Numbered from the stretch's first letter, positions 34,646-49,489 are shown. The stretch: DNA of 64,000 nucleotides from Pecten maximus (GCF_902652985.1 NC_047017.1:49414001-49478000); one strand, 5' to 3'. Program-made: numbers and translations. Notes: a model not told the origin generated them from the letters alone.

Positions 34646-37600
34646 AGCTGACAGATTATAACAATCTCTGTTCCAAAACGTTATTTCAGCTTCTTTCAGA
34701 TTTTGTAAAATCACGACTACACGTTTCGAGTTTTAAGCCTTTAATATAAAAGAGGTAGAACAAGGGGAATAATTATAAGACAATCGTCAGCTAGGTTGCA
34801 CACTACCAAATATTTCGCTTTGATACGAGCTACGAGCTTCGAGCTTCTACTTGAATGATGAGAGCTTCGAGCTTCTACTTGAATGATGAGCGAACTAATC
34901 TTAAAACATTTTTCTGGTTAATTGCAGGCACTTGTATTTTAAGTAGGATGAAAATTATGATAAAATGCATGATTTATATATTATTTGATATAATAACATA
35001 ATTTTAGATATGGATATAGAGGCATTTGTTTTGCCTTCGTTCATAATTAGGGATTTCCATTTCGGATGGAAAACCCTATTGTCTTCGTTATGTTTTTTCT
35101 TCTTCTTATAATTAGTCTTAACATTTTTTGATAACAATTTCGTTCAGAAATGAAAACAGATTGATAGAGACAAATACATCTAATCACATTGAAAGCCTTT
35201 ATCAATAGTATGCAGTAACAAGTAAGACAAATCAACATTGTAATATTTTATTATCATCATAATCTAGAATTATTGCAAGGTATATTGATTCATTGGATTA
35301 TATACCTATAAACACATACATCTTAATTATCATGTACTGTAATAATCTCTCACAGTATACACACCTCAAAAACAGCAACAATTGCCTTGTTACCATGTAC
35401 ACTATCACACAACTCATGTTTCCGTCATACTGTATGTAAAAATAGGACATTACTGTGTCTTGGGACTTGCTATCTATAATATATTTAAAAACAGTGAACG
35501 TTATTGTTCAAATAAAACATAGGAAGCATACAATTAAAACCCTTCTATATCAAACAGGGATTTCCTTTCCAGATTTCATACATAAACAGTTGTACTGGTT
35601 GGGTGATTGCTTAATACAAGTTTCTATCATATTTTTATAAGGACAAACAGTACTTCCATATTGAGACAAGTTTTGCAATATTCTAGTGTATGAATTGAGC
35701 AGATAATAGATATTGACTATAATGCTAGGTGGTGGACCATGTTATATCAGGAATGTTGTATAGGTAATCTGGTATCACGCTGGTAAACTGTAGACTAGTT
35801 ATCAAAATCACTGTCTCAGAAGATTTATTTTCACAGAATTGCTTTAGGTGTAGAAAATAAGATCACAAAGCAGTTCTCTTATACAGGCATGTAATTTTCC
35901 AGTAACAAGACAATCAGAACTCTTTCATGCTGTATATCATACACTTAATATTAATGATTCATTATCACTTTTAAGTTCATATTGGATTGTAACAGGTTTC
36001 CAAGTTCCAGGAAATATATATCGAAACAATTAAATTGTACATACCTTTGTAGCATTCAAGATACAAAGTGTATAATGAAAATTCAATCTGATATATAGAT
36101 TGGAGACAAAACATAGAATTTGTGTACATACATACAATATACTAAGACTTATATATGTACATTGTTTTAATTTAGTGCAACATCTTGACAAAGAACTATC
36201 TAAGTCCTTCAAAAATATATTATAATTACTATGCTCACTTTCACGACACATAAGCCACAGGACTCTGAGCAGTATTCCATTCATTCCATTAAAAAAAAAA
36301 GTTACACATTCTTCAAAACTGCAGTACATATAGAGATACACTTAACAGACTCTTACACTAAAACAATACATATGTATATCTCACTGGAAAAGACAAAGAC
36401 AGCTGTATTACAAATCACAATCAAATTATAAAATGTGGGTTGCAACATGAAAAATTTGTCAAATACAAATACCTGGGTATGTTCATATATCTCGATTGTA
36501 ACACGATCATACCAAAGTCAAAAGAAGACAATGGATTATAAACAATATAAAATGTTCATTATAGATAATGACACATAATTCATAATCGAATTGCACAGGC
36601 CACTTTTCCCTAAGCATCATTGTTTTTTATATATATTTTTTTATAAATAAATACAAATTTCAGAAACCAATTTATACAATATATCTACTGGAGAAACGTT
36701 TTTGTCACCAATATTATTCATGGCTATTTCAAGGAATGATAAGAAGAAATGATAAAATAAAACCTTTTGTAATATTTATAGGTTTGCTAAATTTGTTATT
36801 AATACCATATGCATCTGCTTCTGGTTAGTATTAATAAAAAAAAAATTAGACTCTACTCATACTATTTCAACAACTTGTAACACTTGAAGATCTACGATGC
36901 ATCGACTGTGGAATGGAAGTAGACTTGAAGGGTGGACAATTTTAGTTAGCATTGTTTATAGAGCTGTCAACCAATCAGATTGCTCCCCTGCATTCAACTC
37001 TAAAATATACAGAATAACTCTGACAAAAGAATAACATGTGCATTGATATTTAAGGAATCTAAACCAAGGTACGTTACTGAAGTTTACATGCATTTGATAT
37101 CTGTACCGGATTAAACTTAAATTGAACGTGAATTGAAGTTCGCCCCCACTTCTGATTTTTCGAGTGTTACACCTTGTTGATGTAGTATGAGTAGGGTCTA
37201 ATATCTTTTCCATTAATACTTACCAGAAGCAGATGCCTGTGTTAATACAGTGCACATTATATAAAAGTTGGCTAGGTATGTACGGTAATTACAGTTATCA
37301 CATCATTATCAAACTGATCATATTGTTACAAGTTCTTAATCGCTTTATCATTGTCAGTTGTCATATTGATACATGCACCTGTAGTTATACACTGTATCAT
37401 TAATAAATTGATAAAGAAAATTATAGCAGTTCAATAAAACATTTATTGGCCTATAACAAGGTAGAGTATTTGAAGAAAATAATACCCTAACCTACCAAAT
37501 GGTCAATCAGCACCATCAATTCATCTCAACGGTAAATAGTGCAACATATGAACACAACTTGATAACATGATGCCCTGCGATCAAATGGAGTCCTCAAATA

Positions 37601-38030
37601 CAAATCTGACAACTCTAGATGACAAAATAAACAAGTTATACACCAGAAAATGTAGCATAGCGAACAAAAAGCTTTATCTCTAAATAAAGTGGATCATTCC
37701 AACTAATGTTACTTCACTATATATGCATAGTAATACTCCATCAAATATATATGGCAGTTGTAGATGAAAGAATACTTGACAGGACCCAGATAAGGTGAAA
37801 GACGGACAGCCTAACTGGTAACTGATTCTTGCCTCTGGCGCAACTAGTGAGTAATTAACAAACTTAAAAAAAAACAGAAACATTATCACTTTTAAACAGA
37901 ACATGCCACTTGTCTTTTTTTGACACATTTCTGTCAACTGCCTTCGCTGGACACAAGAATCTCAGTACCACATTTCAGCTGTTTTCCATCCACTGTAAAA
38001 AGTCTGTTACTAAGTTGGCTCTGCCCATGT

Positions 38031-41000
38031 CTATAATTTTGCATTGATCACCACTGTTTTAGATTCTACCAGGATACTTGTCATGGGAATTTGTGGAACA
38101 TCAAGGAATTTTTCTACAAAAGAAAAATTGACATTTTTAATATGACGCCGACATAAACTGCATATTTAAACATTTATGTGTAATATTAATATCTTGGTAC
38201 AATGTTTACATCTGAATCAACTCTTTTAATCAGTATGTGTACTCCAACATCCATTATCACATCATTTGATGGTACTGCATAACATCTCTGTAAAACAGAC
38301 AAGCCAAGAACTGCGACAACAAAACCAAAAGTAGGACAGTATTAAAAGGAGGGTAAACATCTAAAATGGAAATGAATGTCTCACTCCATTCTGGTTATTA
38401 TTCAGAGATGATGTCCTAATGAACATATAAGTGTAAGTAACCACGGCTCTACATTGAAGACTGACTCACCTAGTTGTTCGCAGACGTTGGTAAGAACTAT
38501 GGTGTTGGGATACATATAGGCCTGCCCATCTCTGTAAAGTACAAGGGTCATATATCATCAATATTTAATCAAGTCATGTACCAGGACAACATTACAAGGT
38601 TACACCAACAGCTCTACTGCACTATATGTTTCCCTTTGTATGTAAATCATGTAAACTATAAGTTTACCAGGTACCCCTAGTACCCCTGCAGAATTGAGAA
38701 TAAAGGCAATCCTCAACATCCACACACTATTTTGTATTATTGTCTTGATATATTTTCACTGCAATACATGACATGGTCACTAAATGTAAATTACCCCCAA
38801 CACAGTTAAGTCATTGGATTCATTTGTGAACCAGTATCTCAGGCTCTCTTTTACATGACTAATATTTTTCAACATACCTCTTCTCCTTTGACACTGCGTT
38901 CATGTGGAAGAGGGCATGGAGCCCGTTGTTAAGGATATCAAGGGAGAGAACCTCTAAGTGTTTGACAGCCCCTTCCCTCAGAAGTCTGGCGCTCAACATC
39001 TGGGCCTCCTTAGCGATTACTTTGGGAGTCTTGGCCTTAGGTTTACCATGAACATCAGTGTGTAATGATAAAAGACACCGGCACATGATCTGAAAAGTTT
39101 GCATTAGAAAAATTCTTTTTAAGTGAGAAGAAAACAGATATTATCATATACTAGTTAAATTATATTCTCGAAATAACTGACCAATACAACAAACATACTT
39201 AACATACTAAGTTGAATATATAGTAATATGCATACAATAAAACATTGATAAAATTCAGATCGGTGAAGTTGCCAATGTTTGAGGAAGATGGAAAAAGCTA
39301 ACCAGCAATCCAAAAGACGTCTGACAAAATCGGAATTCAAGTCTATTTCTTTTTCTTCTCTTGCTAAGTTCTAACGAATCAATTCGTTTCCTAAAATAAT
39401 CCTGGGGGTTTGCCAATTACAGTCCTATTTACGTTTCTTTTTGGCAGAATCTGTCTGTGTTTTGGCAGGCCCATGCTTTCGGCGTTCTGTCATTTTGTGT
39501 TGACTGATAACCCACCCATTGCATTGCTGGATTAATTTGCATAGAAACTTAATCCGTTGGACCTAGTTATTATTTTTAGGAATTTCCCAAATATTCTCAT
39601 AAATACACATTTTCCTCCAGTTTTTGATTAGCGATAATTTGTTAGGCATATATTAAGTGGGAAAACTATTAAGAGGTCAAAATGTAAATATTTTTATATA
39701 TTTCTTTGGGGGTATGGGGCTTTAATATATATCATACACATGGGTAGAAACTTCTTTTTTTTTAATGAACATCCTCTAATATTCGATGACACATTCATAA
39801 AACAGTCTTTAATTTAAAAACATACCCAGTATCCGAGCAGGAATGGTTCAAACATCTGGCTGAAGAATGTTGTGTACTTGTTGGTGGAAGATTTTATTAG
39901 AATAGCATTGTCTTTGATCACAACACCACAGTTGTGTGTGAGGGTTAGGAGGGAGTGTTCAAAGTCCTACAAACAAAAACATTAAAACAACAAGAGATCC
40001 CAGAGGGATCTTGGCGCCCACCATTGAATGATCTTCATAGGTTCCATGTCAGATTGATCTTTTCTCTACTTTTCCCTTCATTTCACTAATCTGTGCAAAT
40101 TTAGACATCCCTCCAGTACTTTTCAAACAAGGGAATCCTAGCTATATAAGAAATTTGAGATTTAACGATAATGGCTGTTTGTTTGCCAGGTTGTTTTCCG
40201 GACAGACTGGTCCAAAAATGCAATGCAAGTGACCAAGGGGAACCTACTTATGAAATTTGAGAAAGATCCATTCAGTACTTTCTCAGAAATAGCGATAATA
40301 AACTTCAATTGTCAAAATCCAAGATGGCTGCCTGTCGGCCATGTTGTTTTCAGATTGGTTTCAAAACGCAATATGCATAACTAGGCACCAAGGGAAACTT
40401 ACATATGAAATTTCAGAAAGATCCCTTCAGTACTTTCTCAGAAATAGCGATAATAAACTTCAATTGTCAAAATCCAAGATGGCTGCCTGTCGGCCATGTT
40501 GTTTTCAGATTGGTTTCAAAACGCAACATGCATAACTAGGCACCAAGGGAAACTTACATATGAAATTTCAGAAAGATCCCTTCAGTACTTTCTCAGAAAT
40601 AGTGATAACAAACTTCAATTGTCAAAATCCAAGATGGCTGCCTGTCGGCCATGTTGTTTTCAGATTGGTCTCAAAACGCAATATGCATAACTAGGCACCA
40701 AGGGAAACCTACATATGAAATTTCAGAAAGATCCCTTCAGTACTTTCTCAGAAATAGTGATAACAAACTTCAATTGTCAAAATCCAAGATGGCTGCCTGT
40801 CGGCCATGTTGTTTTCAGATTGGTCTCAAATCGCAATATGCATAACTAGGCACCAAGGGAAACTTACATATGAAATTTGAGAAAGATCCATTCAGTACTT
40901 TCTCAGAAATAGTGATAACAAACTTCAATTGTCAAAATCCAAGATGGCTGCCTGTCGGCCATGTTGTTTTCAGATTGGTCTCAAATCGCAATATGCATAA

Positions 41001-44000
41001 CCACCCACCAAGGGGAACCTACATATCAAATTTCAGAAAGATCCCTTCAGTACATTCTCAGAAATAGCGATAACAAACTTCAATTGTCAAAATCCAAGAT
41101 GGCTGCCTGTCGGCCATGTTGTTATCCGATTGGTCTCAAAACGCAATATGCATAACTAGGCACCAAGGGGAACCTTCATATGAAATTTGAGAAAGATCCA
41201 TTCAGTACTTTCTCAGAAATAGCGATAACAAACTTCAATTGTCAAAATCCAAGATGGCTGCCTGTCGGCCATTTTGTTTGCCGATTGGTCTCAAAATGCA
41301 ATATGCATAACTAGGCACCAAGGGGAACCTACATATGAAATTTGATAAAGATCCCTTCAGTACTTTCTCAAAAATAGCGATAACAAACTTCAATTGTCAA
41401 AATCCAAGATGGCTGCCTGTCGGCCATGTTGTTATCCGATTGGTCTAAAAACGCAATATGCATAACTAGGAACCAAGGGGAACCTACATATGAAATTTGA
41501 GAAAGATCCTTTCAGTACTTTCTGAGAAATAGCGATAACAAACTTCAATTGTCAAAATCCAAGATGGCTGCCTGTCGGCCATTTTGTTTTCCGATTGGTC
41601 TCAAAATGCAATATGCATAACTAGGCACCAAGGGGAACCTACATATGAAATTTGAGAAAGATCCTTTCAGTACTTTCTGAGAAATAGCGATAACAAGAAT
41701 TGTTTACGGACGGAGGGACGGACGGACGGAGGGACGGAGGGACGGACGGACGGACGGACGACGGACCACGGACGCAGGGCGATTTGAATAGCCCACCATC
41801 TGATGATGGTGGGCTAATAAAAATTAAAAATTAAAAGCATTTACTTCATTTTTACTGATAACTGGTTCCATATTTCACTTCAACTATACATTATAAAGCT
41901 GATAATATATACATGTAGGTAATATTCGGTTAAAATGAAACATAACATAAAGTTTGCTTCTATTAGATTTTGAATTATAGGTAAATCTGGCAGAAACTTT
42001 GACATATACAGATTTGGAGAAAACACTTGCCAGCTTTGTATGACCAGGATGGAAAATGAAGTCCCTGTTTAATAAGTGCTCCAGGAACACATATTTGTTG
42101 TAGAGATCGTCTGTAAAATAACCACAGAGAAACATATAATTCAGTAGACATGGTTTCTATGGCTTCAATTCTACTGAACTATTGAAGCTTAACATTATCA
42201 GGTAAACAATTCATATACCACATTTCTCTTCCTCTTTTTCATGATAAATATCTTAATAATATAGAAACAATAAATCTGACCTACTCAAATCCTACAATAG
42301 TATTAATTAATCAATCCCCCTATTATAGTCTTGTTTCAATATTCCTACCTGTGTTACAAATTCTGGAAGACTTCTTCCATTAGTTAGTTTGCCAAGCATA
42401 CTATAAACACACAAGAAGAGGTTGCAATAAAGTGTTTGCTTGGTATCAGAATGTACTGACCTAAAGGTAAAGTGTCCTGAGTACAAACATTGATGGATAG
42501 GGACACCATTGCGACACGGACAAAAATATGCATTAGTTGATTGCGGTAGATAGACAACATCAGGTGCTGAGCTGCTGACTGCATAAGTTGGTCCTCGCTG
42601 ACATGTGACGGAACATCCATTGATACTAACTCTATCACATCGTCCTTGTTGATGGTAACAATGTTCTTGTGGAGTTGTAGTGTGCTCCTTACCACTGTGT
42701 CCGAGGATTCGTTACCTGTATGATACAAATGCATTTTTGACCTTCTAGGTATTAAATTCTACCTAATTGTACCATGGAAACTTATCCTACAGAATATCAA
42801 ATGAAAGCATTGATGTCTGACCAGTCACCCTAAAATAATTTTGATGCAAAATATCAGAATCCTATTGATTGACCACCACTGCATAAGGGCATAAAGCTTT
42901 CCAGTGGTGAGTTTAAGATATTTTATGGACCAGAACATGAACCAGAACATGGACCAGAATATGGACCAGAATGTGGCAAGAGTGTGGACCAGAGTGTGGA
43001 CCAGAACGTGGACCAGAGTGTGGACCAGGATGTAGACCAGAGTGTGGACCAGATTGTGGACCAGAATGTGGAACAGATCGTGGACAATAATGTGGACCAG
43101 AATGTGGACCAGAGTTTGGACCAGTGTGTGGACCAGATCATGGACCAGAGTGTGGACTAGAGTGTGGACCAGAGTGTGAACCAGATCATGGACCAGAGTG
43201 TGGACTAGAATGTGGACTAGAATTTGGACTAGAATGTGGACCAGATCTTGGACCAGAGTGTGGACCAGAATGTGGACCAAAGTGAGGACCAGATCGTGGA
43301 CCAGAATGTGGACCAGATCGTGAACCAGAGTGTGGACCAGAATGTGGACCAGAGTGTGAACCAGATCATGGACCAGAAAGTGGACCAGAGTATGGACCAG
43401 AATGTGGACCAGTGTGTGAACCAGATCGTGGACCAGAACGTGGACCAGTGTTTGGACCAGAGTGTGAACCAGAATGTGGACCAGAACGTGGACTAGAGTG
43501 TGGAACAGAATGTGGACCAGAGTGTGAACCAGAATGTGGACCAGAGTATGGACCAGAATGTGGAACAGTGTGTGGACCAGAGTGTGGACCAGAACGTGGA
43601 CTAGAGTGTGGAACCAGAATGTACAGGTAAACCACATAATCTGTCTGATTACACCTCACTAACCTGGCCAATCTATGTATGCCCCTAGATTTAAGGCATG
43701 GCGTTTGAGCCACTCAACCTCTCTGACAAGCTGTCTCATGGGTATACCGTCCTTGTTCTGTACCATCACTGCTGCCGTCATAGACCAAGGGGAGATAACC
43801 ATGTGCTTTAGGTGAAGCAGCACAAGATCGTAGGCAAGACTCTTCAGTAGATCTGTCTCCTGTGCAGACAGACTGGCAATATACCTGTTAAACAAAAAAT
43901 TATATTCATTTCTGAGATGTGGCAATTCCAAGACAGTTTTAAAAAAATGCAGGGGTATATACATAACTAAATATTCCTGTTTACATTGATACAATAATCT

Positions 44001-47000
44001 TTCTATTTCATAAATTGATCTAATCAGTGGAATTAAGAGGGACTCGATCATCTTGTTGACGATGAGTCAGACAAGTTATGAATAAAGACAAAGAAGCTAT
44101 TTTTTTGGGATAATATAACAAACTTGCATACAGATATTCCAGGATGCCTTTAAAGTCAGGTTTCATTTTACAAAGGAAAATTGTAATTTTCCATAACAAA
44201 CAAAAGGAAACAGAGGTTGTTGCATTGTATGATTGATAATTCAGGAATGACAATAAAAAATTGACAAAAAGTTTTCCCAATGAAAATAATAAAATAACCA
44301 AGGATTTGAGAACCACTTTGAAACAGCGATGTTGTTGTGATACAGTGGTATATAACTCCAAATCATTTATTGATTATCAACAATGACCAGTTAGCAGACA
44401 CATGATAAATTCTATTCAGCTAACCAACCTATCCTTTCTAATCGGGAATATTGACATGAACATCACAATACCAGTACACTGTAACAAATCTATTAAACAT
44501 TTTCTTTCCAAATGTATATACATGTATATATTATATATAAGTTGATGTATAAAATGTGTGATTTAATAAAAGACAATATAACTTTTAGCTAAAGACTAAT
44601 ATTTACTCCAGACATCAACTTATACACCCCATGATAAGGAGAGTAGTCACCTTGGTGCAAGGTTGTGGATGCTTCGGTCTACTTTGCCGACTGAGTATTC
44701 TCGTATTGACAGAGGATCTCCAAAATGAATGTGTACATTTCCAAAGTCTTCTGACAATATGTTTCTTGCTTTAAACAATGCCTATTAAACAGAAAATGAA
44801 TTAAGAGATTACAATATAATAAAAAAAAATAAGTTCTGCTTTATATTACATCATGAGCTTAAAGAAGTCAAAACAAAAACCACAATTGAAAGTCAGTGTA
44901 TTAACTTCAGTTTTGAATACCGGGACCAACATTTCTTACAGAAACCCCTAAATGGATTTAATATTATTTTATTGATGACTGGTTTATATACAACTTTTAG
45001 GAATGAGAAAGTCTTTGTGAGAGTAAACAGTCGTTTTTTATTTTAAAGCACGAATCCCTTGGATTTGGTTTGGGGATATCACAAATACCTAAAGTAACAT
45101 GGTCTCAGGTTGACACTTAGTTATGAACGCTTGTGGGACAATTTTACTTCTTCATTTACTGAGGGGGATTCATTGGATTTCAGGACTCCCCAGTAATTAT
45201 ATTTTTATGAACACTTACCGAGGTGGACTCCTTAGATTTCGGGACTCCCCAGTAATTATATTTTTATGAACACTTACCGAGGTGGACTCCTTAGATTTCC
45301 GGACTCCTCAGTAATTCTATTTTAGGAACATTTACTGAGAGAAAATTTTATCTTTTTACTTACTGAGGTGGACTCATTGGGTTTTAGAATTCCTTAGTAA
45401 TTATATTTTTAGGAACACTTACTGAGGTGGAGGCTCCGTGGGGTTCGAAGTTACATTAATTATATTGTGGCCCAATTTGTGGGAAAACTCAATAAGGGGC
45501 AATTCCATGTTTTCACTTAATGAGGTTGACTCTTAAAGTTTTTTCGAGACTCCTCAGTAATTCTATTTTTAGCAACGTTTACTGAAGTGGACTCTTTCGG
45601 GATTCGGGACTCTAACTAATTCTATTTTTAGGAACACTTACTGAGGTGGACTCTTTGGGTTTTGGAACTCCCAGTAATTCGTAAGCATAGAGCTTCTCTT
45701 CCAAAATTTTGTCATAGCTGATGCTGACTGGGATGACCATGATGTCAGGAATGTGAGCTTTGAAGTATGGCTCTAGTGATGCAGACAGCATTCCTGAGAG
45801 AAACAAAGGGGTTATGAAATAAGATATGTGGATCCAGATACATAATGGCTAATGTGTAATAGAAAGGTTCATATCAATATTGGTAAAATGGCTGCATGAA
45901 TGTAACATGCAAATATATATTTGTGTTATAAGGAATATTACAGGGATAATTCTAGACGATGAATGGTATGGTAACATTTTTGAGTTTTAAGAAAAATGAA
46001 TAGGAATTCTGATGTGACAAAGCTCATTCTGAAAATTTCAATGAGATTCAAAATGAATACATGGGTAAAATCCCCACAATCCTGCCCTAAAATGAACCCT
46101 TAGGTAGGTTTGGAAGAAACTAGATGACATACCAAACTTTGGACAGTATGACTTTGCTGTTCTGCTGCGGGTACCCTCCACATAAAATTCCAACGGATGA
46201 TCGCTGTTACATATCTGTGTCTGCACATACTCTGTGAAAACAGCCCAGTACAGCTGGTCGTCACCAAAACTTCGGCGAATGTAGAAGGCACCTGAATTCC
46301 TTAAAAGCCATCCAAAGAATTTCATTCCCATGAAATCTAAAAGCAACAAATAAATTGATTCAAATGTTTTGAACTTTGTTTTACATCTAACAAACTTTAA
46401 ACACAATCCTTGTAAAATAAACGGTTTTTAATATGGTAATAAACATCCGTGTAAAATAAAGAATGAGGTATGAAATTAAAAAGCCTTAAATATTTTTAAA
46501 AAGCAAATTCATGGAATTTATATATCCTGCTTTCCTGGCATATATTGCAGGTAAAGATTTTTGAGGTAAGAAGTACACATGGCATAATTTATAGATTGAC
46601 AGAATGATAAATTCTGTTTTGTCATAATGAGTTGCTTGAAACTCACAGAAATAAAATAAAGTCTTACACAAAAGTAAGACGTTTTATTGGACATGTATTA
46701 TGGTATAAAGTAAACTGATTTGAAAAGACTTTTCTTCTTGTCTGCTATTACCATAATACATTGAATCCTGCTCCTAAGTTTGAAGACTTACAGAAAATAT
46801 TTGGGGAGTTATTTAATAGCAAATAACAATGTTTTTCATAAAAACAAGGGGCGATAAATCTGTTACAAAGTTTGATAATAATCAGATTATAATTGTGGGA
46901 GTTATTGCATGAAAACAGCAGCAAAGTAAATTTCTGTTAATCAAGGGGCCATAATTCTGCCAAAAATAATGTCAGGGAGAAGTAACAATCAAAATGTGCT

Positions 47001-49489
47001 GAGCCCTTTAGACTCTAAACCTTGATACAAAGTTTGAAGAAAATCTGTTAACATATGCTGCAGTAATTGCTCAGAAACAAAACGTGACAGACAGACAGAC
47101 AGCCAGCCACTTGGAAGGAAGATCCCAAATTAATATCCACCATTTCGGTGCAAGCATGGGATAAAACCTCACAAAAAATGGTTAAAAGTGTAATGGAATT
47201 ATAACATATTCCTTCATCTAATACTGTACTTACCCATTGCTGCGGCAATGATGGGTAGTGGCAGATCATAATGATAAAACACAAACGACATGAGGAGGAA
47301 ATCAAAGTAACTACGATGACTGGGAGTCAATAATACTGGGTACTCTTTGATCATTGTCCGCACCTGTAATAAAAGAATACATGCAATTGGTGTTTGGTAC
47401 ATCTAATGACCTACACATGGAAAAGTCTGACAGGTACAATACATATTACATAAATATTATCTCCGTGAGTTTTGTGTACCAGTGATTTGATGAAATTAAC
47501 TACATTGTCAATTATTCCTTGTAAACAATTTATCTTACAACCTAGCAATTACTTTGCATAGAAACTTATCAGACCTCTCATTTTTATTTGTTTTGTACAC
47601 ATTTTATGTTCTACATTATGTTTTATCTCCCTTATTGAAAAAATATCATCAACTTTCACAATCAAGGTTGATACAGGTTGATCAACATATTACAATGTAA
47701 CAATACAAGCATTACTTTGTATATACCATATTTATAATAAAATAAGCCAACCACCCTTTTATAAAAGTTTGTTATTAAAATTTGTGTAGAACTTATCTGT
47801 GAACCACTTTTGGCTTAATATTTTAAAGTTGATCATTCAGAAGGAGGCTTATTTGTGGCCTTATTTACAGATAAAGATGGTAGCTATACATTAATTTTTT
47901 TTTACCTTTTGGATACCTTCTTCATTTACATAAATTCTTTTAAATAATGCTTTCAGAACTTTGACAAGGAACATAGCAAATCCTCTGATCGCACCAATTT
48001 TGAGGTTATGTGACATTTCCTCTAGGATTTCTTTGGTCTGACCCCACACCTCATCAGCTGGCATCCCACTCTCCATACAGACCTGGACAAAACATTGAGT
48101 CATCATACAATTCATTTAAAGGTCAAGTTAAGCTATATAAAGCCATACATTTTAATCTTTCTCAACTTTGTGTGGATGTGGAGCTTTATTTCACTATAAA
48201 TATATAACATAACTGATATGACATTTTCATGAGATAAGGACACATTTGCAATAATGCAAATATTTCCTGTTCAGGAGGTCTGGGAGACTCCTGATTTTGG
48301 ATACTAAATTTAAACTAAAGTTATCAGTAATTCTAAATTCTTATTTCTTTAATCAATTCCAGAAGAATAGAAAGAGTAGCTTAATATATGCAGTTTTAAA
48401 GAACTAATTTGTCTAGAGGTCAATAAATCAACTCTTCATTTTAAACTCTCTTCCATGTGTCTAAGCAAGTAATGAATGTTTTAACTGTCAATTTGTCTAC
48501 TGGAATTCTCACTTGTTCAACAGCATATTTCACGCGATCACTGGCCATGACATGCTCTTTTACTTGGTCTATTGTTCTGGGTTTGTTGTTTTTGTAAGTA
48601 GGGACATCACGTGTTCGAAGGCTCCATCCTACATCACTTGTATGACGGCGGTCCTCTAAGATATCCTCAAAGATGTCCTTATGTCTTGAGGATACCAGCT
48701 TTGGATCATCTGAAATCGATCAACCAACCACATTCAATTTTCTTATTTTCTCTATGTTTTTAGAGCATAAAAAGCTTCTACTCAAACCATGTTAGAGGAT
48801 AACACAACAAGAAACTTATGACGTGTGCCATTTTGGTTGGCATCAGAACCAAAAACAAGAGACCTCTAGCTAGCTGAAGTAACATAGCTTCCTCTGGTTC
48901 CGACACCAGATGTTAAAATCTTTATTAACATGCAGTCACTCCAAACAGCTTAGATACCTCGAAATGTCAAACAGCTGAGGCCAGAGCACAGAGCAAGGGC
49001 CTGTGCACTTATGCGGACAAACTGGTTCGTCAGTTTTTAAAAGTAATTTTAATAGTCTTTATGAAGGCTCGTCTGAAAACAATATAAAATCACCAGCTGG
49101 CCCGTCTTTATCCATAAACGATAACCATACACAGTGAATCTATATCTTAAGGGAGAGGAAACTCGGGTTACTCAGATATACCAGGCAAACCAGGATTCAT
49201 ATTAGCATCATTCTGGCTATTTCAGTAAGCTGTTCATGCATGATCAGTTATATGGGCAGTAAAACTTCAGAAGACACATATGGTATCGTATCTGATGCAT
49301 GGACTGTTGCTAAGGGGATGTCCAAATGATGACCAAATATATATATATATACTGGATGCAGAGCTACAGTAGACCAATGCATCAGCAACGTCACCAAATT
49401 ATAGATCTAATCAATTAAGAGGAAGATGGTGCCGACAATAAATACAAGTTACCTTGTTTGATCCAAACATTTCTCGACTGTTCCTCCAT
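38031..49489 (-). CDS. GNPAT: Dihydroxyacetone-phosphate acyltransferase (glyceronephosphate O-acyltransferase), 14 exons, ~693 aa, PTS1 -AKL
   Basis: Exons: 49453-49489, 48513-48709, 47906-48082, 47234-47363, 46133-46336, 45642-45793, 44651-44781, 43664-43884, 42461-42715, 42031-42110, 39826-39966, 38878-39089, 38470-38531, 38031-38113 (sum 2082 nt). Motifs PSHRSYFD (HxxxxD), [29 protein letters not shown]-terminal NAKL*. Confidence 0.93.
39989..41816. mobile_element. HINE family B, intact copy in GNPAT intron 10
   Basis: Same termini as 21951-25175; ~9-10 x 155-bp units; (ggac)n; terminal hairpin. Confidence 0.9.
42925..43622. repeat. 12-bp minisatellite (tggaccagagtg variants), ~58 copies, GNPAT intron 8
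   Basis: Regular 12-bp period between exons 42461-42715 and 43664-43884. Confidence 0.95.
45150..45680 (-). repeat. ~59-bp degenerate tandem array derived from GNPAT exon 6 end plus donor site
   Basis: Units resemble …GAGTCCACCTCA|GTAAGTGTTCCTAAAAATAGAATTACTG…; about 8 copies besides the true boundary at 45642. Confidence 0.85.

Noticed and set aside
40341-41155. Repeated 64-aa ORFs (MLFSDW…), also at 22304 and 24698
   Set aside because: Arise from the 155-bp internal repeats of non-autonomous HINE elements; no protein-like features.
42825-43713. 270-aa His/Val/Leu-repeat ORF and overlapping ORFs
   Set aside because: Translation artefacts of a 12-bp minisatellite inside GNPAT intron 8; flanking exons join in frame without it.
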